Shown here one piece after another: positions 8,894-19,159 of a stretch of 20,000 nt of DNA. Source of the DNA: Chiloscyllium plagiosum. Lineage: Eukaryota. The stretch spans positions 67,171,301 through 67,191,300 of the forward strand of contig NC_057718.1 of assembly GCF_004010195.1 (NCBI RefSeq). Reading direction: 5' to 3'. The notes beneath the pieces were generated by a model that did not search any database, was not told the origin of the DNA, and saw only the letters and a list, made by a program, of their open reading frames with translations. Position numbers and translations under genes: made by a program. Every line of letters begins with the position of its first letter. Within the stretch, counting starts at the first letter, position 1.

Positions 8894-11499
8894 CTACACA
8901 CCCTTCAATTTACTGCCATCCACGTGTTTGTCCAGCAGTTGCTTAAATATCCCTAATGTCTCTGTCCCCGACTCTACTACCACTGCTGGCAGTGCATTCC
9001 ACGCAACCACCACTCTCTGTGTAAAGAACCTACCTCTGTCATCTCCCCTATACCTTCCTCCAATCACCGTAAAAGTATGACCCCTCGTGACAGCCATTTT
9101 TGCCATGGGGAATAGTCCCTGGCTATCTATGCTATTTATGCCTTTCCTTACCTTGTACAGCTCTATCAAGTCACCTCTCTTCCTTCTCTCCAGCATGAAA
9201 AGCCTTAGCTCACTCAACCTCTCTTCATAAGACATGCCCTCCAATCCAGGTAACATACTGCTAAATCTCCTCTGCACCCTCTCTAAAGCATCTACATCCT
9301 TCCTAAAATGAGGTGACTAGAATTGGATGCAATATTCCAAGTGTGGTCTAACCAGAGTTTTATAGAGCTGCAGCAAAACCTCACTGCTCTTAAACTTAAC
9401 CCCCATTAATGAAAGTTAAAACATCACACACCTTCTTAACAACCTTATCAACTTGGGTGGCAACTTTGAGGGATCTATGTATGTGGACCCCAAGATCCTG
9501 CTATTCCTCCACACTGCCAAGAATCCTGTCTTTAAACTTGTATTCAGCATTCAAATTCCTTCAAATTCCTTCAGCATTGACCTTCCAAAATAAATCACTT
9601 TGCTTTTATCCAGGTTGAACTCCATCTGCCACTTCTCAGCCCAGCTCTGCATCCTGTCAATGTTTAGTTGTAGCCTGCAACAGATACTATCTATAACACC
9701 ACTGAAATTTGTGTCAAAGGCAAACTTACAAACCCACCCTTCCACTTCTTCATCCAAGTAATTTATAAAAACTACAAAGTGCAGAGAACAAGAAGAGATC
9801 CATGCGAGACACCACTGGTCACCAACCTCCAGGTAGAATACTTTCCACCAACTACCATTCACTGTCTTCTTTTGGCCAGCCAATTCTGAATCCAGATAGC
9901 CAAGCTTCCCTGTATCCCATACCTCTTAACTTTCTGAATGAGCCTACCATGGGGAACCTAAATTCATGTACACCACATCCACTGCTCGACCTTTGTCAAC
10001 TTGTCTCATCACATCCTCAAAGAACTCAATAAGGCTTGTGAGGCATGACCTGCCCCTCACAAAGCCATGCTGACTACCTTTAATCAAACTATGTTTTCCC
10101 AAATAGTTATAAATCCTATCTCTCAGAATCCTTTCCAGTACCTTGCTTACCACAGATGTAAGACTGACTGGTCTGTAATTTCCAGGAATTTCCCTATTCC
10201 CTTGCTTGAACAGAGGAACAACATTTGTCTCCCTCCAATCTTCTGGTACTACTCCCGTGGAGAGTGATGATGTAAGGTTCATGCCAGAGGCACAGTAATC
10301 CCATTCCTCATTTCCCATTGTAACCTTGGATATATCTGGTCTGACCCTGGGGATGTGTCAATCTTGATGCTTCCCAGAATTTCCAGCACATCTATTTTCT
10401 TAATATCAATCTGTTCAAACCTATTAATCTGGTCCACAGTGTTCTCACTATCAACATGGTCCCTCTCTCTAGTAAATACTGAAGCAAAAAACACATTTAG
10501 GGCCTCCCATTCCTCTTCAAACCCCAGGTACAAGTTCCCTTCACTATCCCTGAACGGCCCTACCCTCTCTCTGACCATTCTCTTATTCCTCACTTAAGTA
10601 TAGAACATCTTTGGATTTTACTTAATCCTTCCTGCCAAGGCTTTTTCTTCCCCCTCCTAGCTCTCCGCACACCATTTTTGAGTTCTTTCCTAGCTACCCT
10701 GTAATCTTCTAAAGCTATGCCAGATCCTTGCTACCTCAACCTTAAGTAAGATTCCTTTTTCCTCTTGACGATAACCTCCTCTTCTCTTGTTCATCCAAGG
10801 CTCCTTCACCTTACCATTCCTTGTCTGTCTCAGTGGGACAAAATTGTCCAACACTCACAACAAATGCTCCTTAAACAGCCTCCACATTTCTGTTGTGCAT
10901 TTCCCATAGAACAATTGTTCCCAATTTATACTCCACAGCTCCTGTCTAATAGCAGTGTTTTTTTCCCCTCCCCCAGTTAAATATCTTCGTATACTATCTG
11001 TTCCTATCCCTCTTCATGGCTATGGTAGAGTTAAGACAGTTGTGGTCACTGTCACTGAAATGCTCTCCCATCGAGAGATCTGACACCTGGCCTGGCTCAT
11101 TGCCAGCACCAAATCCAATATGGCCTCCCCTTGGTCAATCTATCTACATGTTGAATCAGGAATCCTTCCTGGTCACTTCTGACAAAATGGTCTCCATCCA
11201 GACCATCTGCACTAAGAAGGTTCTAATCAATATTGGGGAAGTTGAAATTACCTATAACAACATCTCTGTTACATCTGCACCTTTCCAAGATCTGCTGTCC
11301 AATTTGATCTTCTATCTCTCTGCTGCCACTGTGGGCGTCAATAGTAAACACCCAATTCAGTGACTGCTCCTTTCCTGTTACTGACTTCCATCCATACTGA
11401 CTCAGTAGACAAAACCCCTCAACAACCTCCTTTTCTGCGGCTGTGATGCACTCTCTAATTAACAATGCTACTCCCCCTCCTCTTTTACCTCTCCCTCCC
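8894..11499 (-). pseudogene. CR1 ORF2 (APE endonuclease + reverse transcriptase), disrupted
   Basis: GKRGGGVALLI, VVIGNFNFPNID, GNYRPVSLTSVVSK, SQHGFVRGRSCLTSLIEFF, KFAFDT (decayed FADD), WAEKWQMEFN, TRGH...WNALP, spread over several frames. Confidence 0.92.
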
Positions 11500-12386
11500 A
11501 AAGTGCTCTAGCAAATCTCCTGCCCAGGACATTGGTGTCCCTCCAGTTTAAGTGCAACCCGTCCTTCATGTACAGCTCCCACCTTCCCCAGAAGATACCC
11601 CAATGATCTACGTATCTGAATCCCTCGCTCCTGCACCAGCCCTGTAGCTACATGTTTAGCTGCACTCACTCCCTGTCCCTCGCCTCGCTAGCACACGGCA
11701 CTGGTAGTAATCCTAAGATTACTATTTTGCTCGTCCTGCTATCTTGCTTCCAACTTAACTCCCTGAAATCACCTTTTAGATTCTCATCCCTTTTCCTTGC
11801 TACATCATTGGTGCCAATGTGCACCACGACTTCTGGCTCCTCACCGGCCACCCTCAGATTCTTGTAGACTCGATCAGAGACATCCTGGGACCTAGCACCT
11901 GGGAGCAACATGCCATCCGGGAGTCTTGTTCATGACCACAGAATCTCCTGTCTGTTCTTCTAACTATTGGGTCTCCTACCATTAGTGCTTTTATATTCTC
12001 ACCCCTTCCCTTCTGAGCCACAGACTCAGTGCCAGTGACTTGTCCACTATGGCTTTTCCCTGGTAGGTTGTCTGCCCCATCAGTATCCAAAACGGTATAT
12101 TTATTATTGAGGGGAACGGCCACAGGGGATCCCTGTTCCCTTTCCTTCCCCTTCTACACTTTACCTGTAGCTAATGTGAGACTATCTCACTGTAACTTCT
12201 CGCTATTACCTGCTCCGCCTCCCAAATGATTCGAAGTTCATCCAGCTCCAGCTCCAGTTCCCTAATGGGGTTTCCAAGGAGCTGGAGTTGGGTGCACTTC
12301 CTGCAGATGAAGTCAGTGGGGACACTTATGGTGACCCTTACATCCCACATCCTATAGGAGGAACATGCAACTGCCCTAACATCCAT
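11500..12386 (-). pseudogene. CR1 ORF1 (zinc finger/coiled coil + SGNH esterase), disrupted
   Basis: MDVRAVACSSY...FICRKC...IRELELELDELR, then VPLNNKY, VGDPIVR, LPGAR, VVVHIGTND, GLLPVP and DGLHLN, matching the SGNH blocks of CR1 ORF1. Confidence 0.9.
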
Positions 12387-12535
12387 TCTCACTGTTCTGA
12401 ATTCCCAAAGAGTCTATTGAAAAAACTAGCAACCTTACCAAATCGGTGCATAGAACCTTTTTTTTTGTTATAGGAGGAGGATGGGTGGGAGACACTACTG
12501 AAGTCATGTTTCAGGTAAAACAACCACCCAAATAT

Positions 12536-12760
12536 ATTACCTCACTTACTCAGCAGCCCCATGTCCGTTGCTACTCAGTGTGTGCTCCACCTATTTATGA
12601 GATAAGTTATTAAATGATTAATTTATCTTCCCAGCAGACCCCTGGCTCTTGCTGTCACTGTTCCCGCTGCTGCTGCAAAACTGGAGGCCGCTGATCCCAC
12701 GAGGCAACTTTTTAAAGGTAGAATTTACCTTCCTGGCAGCTCCCTGGTCTTGGCTCTCAA
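12536..12760 (-). repeat. Degenerate ~80-100 bp monomer repeats in the CR1 5' UTR
   Basis: AATTTATCTTCCCAGCAGACCCCTGG (12620) vs AATTTACCTTCCTGGCAGCTCCCTGG (12722), period 102. A weaker third copy CTTACTCAGCAGCCCCATG lies at ~12545. Confidence 0.7.
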
Positions 12761-12990
12761 TTGATAATGGGCAAGATGTGGGGAATCAGCAAGTTACTAT
12801 CCTCATAACTCTTAGCCGCTGACATGATCTTGAGGCCACAGTGTTTACATGGCTGGTCCAGTTCAGTTTCTGGCCTTTAGTATCTGTCAGGATGTTGATT
12901 GTGGGGTATTCAACAATAATAATGCCATTGAATCTCAAGAGGAGGTGATCAGATTCTCCCTTGATCATGATGGTCATTGTCATTTGTGTG
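12761..12990 (-). mobile_element. Older LINE ORF2 fragment, upstream part of the split element
   Basis: LRFNGIIIVEYPTINILTDTKGQKLNWTSHVNTVASRSCQRL resembles the LINE motif ...ILGVTIDQKLNWTSHINTV. Confidence 0.8.
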
Positions 12991-13034
12991 GGGTATGTGT
13001 TATGTTCTTAAAATAAATCTTATTTATTATAAAT

Positions 13035-13132
13035 AAGTCAATGAACACTCAACACCAGAATGATTTTCAGTAAAATGCCTCCAATTTGATGTATTATTCT
13101 TACAATAACAGTGATTGAGTGTTCATTGACTT
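13035..13132. repeat. Perfect 18-bp inverted repeat with 62-nt spacer
   Basis: AAGTCAATGAACACTCAA (13035-13052) is the exact reverse complement of TTGAGTGTTCATTGACTT (13115-13132). It extends inward by CAC/GTG across a bulged A at 13114. Confidence 0.95.
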
Positions 13133-13142
13133 TCCGTTACAG

Positions 13143-13149
13143 ACCCAAG
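13143..13149 (+). CDS. Candidate 7-nt microexon of an unidentified host gene
   Basis: ctttccgttacag|ACCCAAG|gtatta. Read as phase 1 to 2 it gives (x)-P-S and joins the 13600 exon without a stop. Confidence 0.3.
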
Positions 13150-13599
13150 GTATTACTTTTTTTTTTACACATCATGAACCTAATAAACTTGCCAGGTTTT
13201 TAAAAGATTTGGTCTACATTTTCTACAGCTGGTGCTAAACACTAACTTTAATATTACAATCAGTGGGTTAAAGGTCTTTCAGCCTTGGAAGCCTTATAGA
13301 ATGGATAGCTGACTGATCGCTACTGAGGATATATCTTAATATTCTGGTTAGAGGGACAGGCTAATGATTGAGTCCATAAAATATTCCTTTTTCTTATGCT
13401 ATACTTTAAATCTAGTTCTATTGCTTTCGGTCTTCCCGTTTAAAATTTATTAATTGTTTTGTCCTTTAAGTTCTCCCCACCGCCACTCCTCTCATTGTTA
13501 ATTCTGCAGTTTTGTTAAAATGCTTATACACATACTCATTCTGCAGCATTCATCCATTTAACCGCAAGTGTTTTCCATTCTTATTTCATTTATATTCAG

Positions 13600-13689
13600 T
13601 TCCATTTCTCGTCGGCTCAGGAGAGAACACTCAGAGGACCACCTGACAGCTTTGTACATGAAGGAGAATCCCGTGACAAGTGAGGATGA
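13600..13689 (+). CDS. Candidate 90-nt internal coding exon (phase 2-2): SISRRLRREHSEDHLTALYMKENPVTSED
   Basis: Acceptor ttatttcatttatattcag|, consensus donor GA|gtgagt, length divisible by 3, only one frame open, CpG-containing purine-rich island in AT-rich unique DNA. Confidence 0.6.
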
Positions 13690-13939
13690 GTGAGTTGTGA
13701 AGGTCACCCTCCTAAGTTGAACATAGAATAATTTTCCAGACTATACATGAAATATTCCCTTCATATCTCATTAATTTTTGAAATGATCCAATCTTATCTC
13801 CAAACAAAGTCTCACAATCTCTTTGATTTTCCTAAAATATTGTGATAAATTCTTCTGATCTGGTTCAGTTTAGAAAACCTGTACAACCATGCAAATTCCG
13901 GAATGGTCAAAGATAAGTGGATTGCATTGCATAGATGTA

Positions 13940-14285
13940 TATTGAATATAAAACCCAGAAGCAGGTGATTCAACCTCACTGTACCTCGCACGAGCCTCCT
14001 CTTGCCCCTCTTCACCCAAATATATCAAGATATCTTTTTATTCCTTTCTCTTTCAAGTGTTTATTCAGAGTTTCTTAAATACATCTATGCTAACCAGCTC
14101 CAGTACTATTTATGGGAATGAATTTCATATTCTAAGCAATCTCTGATTAGAAAAGCTTTGCTTGAATCTATTATTCGATTTATTAATAGCTGTCTTATCT
14201 TTGCAAGTCCTTTATTTTAGTTTCCCTCAAAAATGGAAACATTTTTTGCCTCCTCTAACAAAAACTTTCGTACTCTTAAAGATCC
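13940..14285 (-). mobile_element. Old decayed CR1 3' region
   Basis: Reverse complement resembles the CR1 ORF2 C-terminus/3' UTR (e.g. GAATTTCATATTCTAAGCAATCTCTG, CTTAAATACATCTATG). Confidence 0.6.
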
Positions 14286-14849
14286 TGGGAATTCTCTGGT
14301 TAGTACTGTGGGTAAATTTCAAACTGATATTTAGATAATATTTTGAGTTTAAAAGAAAGTTTAAACAAACTAATAAAAACTGCAGTTAACTGTCCACCAG
14401 CTGTAAGTGCAGCTTACTGAATGGGTGCAGCAAATTGTTGTTTGATTCAACAATGATTTAGGAACATTCCGTGATGTTTAGGTACACAGAAAGGATATGA
14501 TTATGTCTACTCAGGGTGTTGCATCATTTACTGCTGAATTATAGTCAGTGTAACAAAGCACCGATATATTGTTCCACATCACGGTGCAATCTGGAGAAAT
14601 ACACAGGGTGTAAATTTCAATATTTATAGAGCCATAGAGTTATTATTTGTACCTAAAACGTAATTTGAGAAACTCAGGAGAGGACAAAAGCTGTTTTGAG
14701 AAAAACTTATTTACCATAAATTTAAATAAATGCTAAATTAGATTGTGAAAAGCCAACCCAAAAAAACCCCAGGAGGAATGTTTATTAGATGAATTATTAA
14801 AATAAGGTTTTATTTGCCATTTTGTTTGAATGGAAGAGATTCCATACTT

Positions 14850-17012
14850 CTAATTTGAATAGACCGTGTAGATTGCCCAACTGGGAAAGGGGCCATACTG
14901 GAACTTGTACTGGGGAATGAGCCTGACTGGGTGATTGAGGTTTCAGCAGGGTAGTACTTTGGGAAAAATGTACAACTGTATAAGTTTTAGCATCCTTGTA
15001 GATAAAGATAAGATTGGTCCTCAGGTAAAAGTGTTAAATTGGATAAGGCTAATTGCAACAATATTAGGCAGGAACTGGAGAAATTAGATTGGGGGCAGCT
15101 GTTTGAAGGTAGATCCACATCTGACATGTGGGAGTCTTTTAAAGATCAGTTGATCGGAGTTTAGGAACAACATGTTCCTGTGAGAACGAATGATATGGAT
15201 GGCAAGATTTGGGAACACTGGATGATAAGATATTAAAGACAAGATATTGTCAAAAAGACAAAGGAAGCATATGTCAGGTTTAGAAAACCGACACTAAGCA
15301 AGGCTCTTGAGGAACATAAAGTAAACAGCAACGAATTTAAAACAAGGAATTAAGAGGTCTAAAAGGGGCTGTGATATGTTTTGACAAGTAGGATTAAGGA
15401 GAATCTAAAGTCATTTTATATGCATATTAGGAGCAAGAAGGTAGTACAATCAAGGACAAAGGAGAGAATTTATGTATGAACCCAAAGGAAGTGGGTGAGG
15501 TCCTTAATGACTACTTTGTATCAGTATTCACCAATGATGAGATTAGGGAGACGAATGTTGATTTTCCAGGTAATGTAGACATTAAGAAAAAGAGAGTGTT
15601 GGGTGCTTTAATAATCATTGAGTTAAATAAGTCCGGGCCTGATGGTCCTGATCTATCCTTGGATACTGAGGGTGGCAAGAGATAAGATTGCTGGGGCCTT
15701 GATAAATTTACTTGTATTCTTTTTAAACACAGGGTTTGTCCCAGAAGATTGGAGAAAGCCTTTGCTGTTCCTTTGTTTATGAAGGATATCGGGGATAATC
15801 CAGGAAATTATAGATTAGTGGTACGGAAATAGTTAGAGAAGATTTTTAGGGACAGGATTTACTCACATTTGAAGAAGAACAGATTTACCAGGGAGAATCA
15901 GCATGGGTTTGTGCAAAGTGTCTTGCCTCTCAAATTTGATTGAGTTTTTTGAGGAAGTGACAAAGATGATTTATGAGGGTAGGACAGTGGATATTGTCTC
16001 CATGAAATTTATCAAAGCATTTGACAAGGTTGCTTATGCTAGGCTGGTCCAGAAGATCAAGTCACATGGGATTCACAGTGAATTGATAAGTTGGATACAA
16101 AACTGGCTTAGTCATAAAGCCAAAGAATAGTTGTGGAGGGGTATTTTTCTGACTGGAGGTCTGTGACCAATGGTGTTCTGCAAGGACCAGTGCTGGAACC
16201 TCTGTTATTTGTAATTAATATAAATGATTTGGACATAAATGTAGGTGGTCTAATAAGTAAGTTAGCAGATGACAAGAAATTAGTGGAGTTGTGGATAGTG
16301 AGGAAGATTGTCAAAGGATACAGCAGGATATAGGTCAGTTGGAAAGTTGGGTAGAGAAATGGCGGATTAAGTTTAATTTGGTCAAATGTGAGGTAATGCA
16401 TGTTTGAAGGTGAAATGCAAAAGGAAAGCATACAAAAAATGGCTTAGGTAAAATCCTTAGGAGCATTGATAGATAGTGGAATTATGGGATGCAAGTCCAT
16501 AGCTCCCGGAAAATGGCAACACAAAATGGTGAAGAAGGCACACAGCATGCTTGTCTTCATCAGTCAAGGCATTGAATATAAAAGTTGGCGAGTCATGTTG
16601 GATAAGGAGAGATTGGACAAACTTGGATTATTTTTGCTAGAGCATTGGAGTCTGCAGGGTGAACTGATAAAAGTATATAGAATTATGAGAGGCATGGATA
16701 GGGTGAATTTTTCACAGGGTGTAAGTTTCAAATACTAGAGGGCATAGGTTTAAGATGAAAGAAAGAAAGTTTAAAGGAGTTGCACAAGGCAGGTTTTTTA
16801 AACAGAGGGTGGTAGGTGGCTCGAATACACTACTGGTAGAGACAGATACGATAACAATGTTTAAGAGGTATGAGAGACAGACATATGAATAAGGCAGGGA
16901 AGGGAGGGAAATGGACCATAAACAGGCAATTGGGATTAATTCTGAATGGCATCATAGTTGGTGCAGACGTGGTGGATCGCAGGTGTCTGTTCCTGCATTG
17001 TTCTGTTTATGT
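14850..17012 (+). mobile_element. 5'-truncated CR1 LINE (ORF2 from the end of EN to the 3' end), disrupted
   Basis: GAILELVLGNEP, VSCLSNLIEFFEEVTK, KAFDKV, GVLQGPVLEPLLF, KLADD, ERLDKLGLF; internal deletion near 16600; decayed 3' end at ~16970-17012. Confidence 0.93.
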
Positions 17013-17142
17013 TGTAGGTAAAACCTGAGGCCATTATTGCAGCAGCTCAAACCCAGGAGAAAGTGGGTGCTTAATGATCTTATGGAGACATTTGAGAAGT
17101 TCAAACAGAAGCACACGTTGACATTCGTTATGTTTCTAACAG

Positions 17143-17184
17143 ACACACGATGAGAATGGAGTCAGCTATGCACTTGTATGGGGG
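17143..17184 (+). CDS. Candidate 42-nt internal coding exon (phase 2-2): (E)HTMRMESAMHLYG(G)
   Basis: ttgacattcgttatgtttctaacag| acceptor and GG|gtgaga donor; 42 nt; open in the phase that continues the 13600-13689 exon. Confidence 0.5.
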
Positions 17185-17704
17185 GTGAGAAAAGTTCAAA
17201 TTTGTTCAATAGCTAGGAAATGTTTTGTGAGCACAACAGAATAAATCCAGACCCAAGTTTTGAGAAATTCAGCGTGCAACTCCTGCCAAAGTCTGATCAT
17301 TGATATGGATTTCAGAGCTTGAGGCAAGTACCAGGTCAGCCAGTTGACATTTTTTCACAAGATTGAAAAATGTGAAATAGAATGTTTTATTATATAAAAA
17401 TATTATGAAATGATTGATGGAGATGGTATATCACAGCACACTTCAATGATGCTGGGATATCTATTTGAGGTACTTTTAACTGACAGCATTGAGACCAAGC
17501 TGGGTTAGGCTGGATCATTCATTTTCAGGCAGCTTGAGTAGACACTTGTTTTTTTTAATGTTTCTGTGATTGATTTGTTAATAGTTTGCATAATTAATTC
17601 ATGCATTTTGTTATTGACTCCAGGGTTGTGTGATTCAATAATTAAATCTATGGACTACATTTTCTCAGTCATTGGAGGTAGTTTAGGAGGAGGGAACTGA
17701 GGTA

Positions 17705-18250
17705 AAGTTGTAAAATAGCACATTTAGAATATTGTATTTAATTCTGGTCTCCCTGCTATAGGAGGGACGTTGTAAAATTTGAAAGGGTTCATAAAAGATT
17801 TACAAGGATGTTGCCACTGTTGGAGGGTTTGACCTTAGGGAGAGGCTGAATAGGCTGGGGCTATTGTCCCTGGAGCATTGGAGGCTGAAGGGTGACTTTA
17901 TAGAGGTTTATAAAATCATGAGGGGCATGGATAGAGTGAAAAGCTAAGATCTTTTTATACGGGCAGGCAAGTCCAAAACTAGAGGGCATAAGTTTAAGGT
18001 GAGAGAAGAAGACCTGAGGGACAGTTTGTTCATGTAGAGGCTGGTGCATGTATGGAACAAGTTGCCAGAGGAAGTGATGAAGGCTGGTACAATTACAACA
18101 TTTAAAAAGATGGGTGCATGAAACGGAAGGGTTTAGCGGGATATTAGCCAACTGCTGGCAAATGGTACTAGATCAGTTTAGGATATCTGATCGGTGTGGT
18201 CAAGTTGGACCAAAGGGTCTGTTTCCAACCTGTATAACTCTAAGACTCTG
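17705..18250 (+). mobile_element. 5'-truncated CR1 3' fragment
   Basis: HLEYCI*FWSPCYRRDVVKFERVHKRFTRMLP..., ending in GGTCTGTTTCCAACCTGTATAACTCTAAGACTCT. Confidence 0.93.
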
Positions 18251-18592
18251 AGTTCCTATCTCCAGCTGATCTTGCCAGAGCTTGGGACAGTAAGCAGGAC
18301 TTCCTGTCTGGCAGCAGTGTCTGTTGACCAGGACAATTCAGCAGAGGTGATGGCACTGCTGGGATCTTCCTGACCCTTAGCTCACAGCCTACGTTAATTG
18401 GAGGTGGCTTCATGGTGAAAGACTAGGCGGACCAACAACTCTGGCTCTCAATCTCCCCATCGCAGAGATACCAGGTTTAGAAGACCACAGCTTTAGCCAG
18501 AAGCAGGCTTTTGGAGGAATTCCCTATCTATACCAATAGCAAGAGCACCAACACCAGCTGTGCAGGATGCATGTGTTTCTATTGTTCTCTAG

Positions 18593-18659
18593 TACTGCAG
18601 AAAATTTCTCCAATTTGAGACAGCACACAACTCCCAAGAGAAATGCAAATCCAGGCTGA
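18593..18659 (+). CDS. Candidate terminal coding exon portion: (G)TAENFSNLRQHTTPKRNANPG*
   Basis: Strong acceptor tgtgtttctattgttctctag|. In phase 2 it continues the 42-nt exon to TGA at 18657-18659. Confidence 0.35.
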
Positions 18660-19159
18660 AATATCCTTCCTGCCTATCCCTATGTCAATGAAAGAGGGGG
18701 CACTAGAGATTGACATAAAGGCAACAAGTCAGACTGTTGTCAAGGGGAAATGTAGAGCAGCACAGACTGGTGAAAGCAGTATACTGTAATATTGTTTTTG
18801 GATCTGATCATCTTTGTAGTGGTGCTTATGTGTACAAAAGTGAACATTTCAAGCTGTGCAACATGGGATAGCAAAATGTAGTAGTACATTACACTTTCAT
18901 GTACTGAGGACTTTTCCCATACCAGATGAGCATCTGCAGTGGCCTGTGGAGCAGCACAGATTTGGAATAGACGATCAACATGATGAAGATACATCATCAA
19001 TAGAGTTCTGTGCACCCTTCAGCCAAGAGAAACTCACCTCAATAAGATTTCAGTCACACAAATCAAATTTGTGGTACAAGGTGAGGAATACCTCATATGA
19101 GCTGGGGTGGTGAAGGGAACTGTAACAGCAAAAGACAGTTTCAAGCAGAGGAGTAAGGA

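Larger units (their letters stand above)
8803..12760 (-). mobile_element. Near-full-length CR1 LINE (5' UTR, ORF1, internally deleted ORF2, 3' tail), inactive
   Basis: Contains ORF1 zinc-finger/esterase and ORF2 EN/RT remnants and a (TTCTATG)n tail at 8803-8820. Both ends are defined by the interrupted older LINE. Confidence 0.95.

Noticed and set aside
9409..12473. Numerous + strand ORFs within the long CR1
   Set aside because: Antisense shadows of LINE ORFs with no independent coding evidence.
13035..13132. Inverted repeat as a pre-miRNA or MITE
   Set aside because: The ~55-62 nt loop is too large for a canonical pre-miRNA, and no TSD flanks the arms.
13600..13689. ISRRLRREHSEDHL resembles PTHrP LSRRLKRAVSEHQL
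   Set aside because: Similarity stops after a few residues, the conserved LHDKG is absent and the exon structure does not fit, so no symbol was assigned.
14490..14620. Exon-like patch with a minus-strand acceptor (tatttctccag)
   Set aside because: Weak donor, stops in most frames, and no compatible partner exons.
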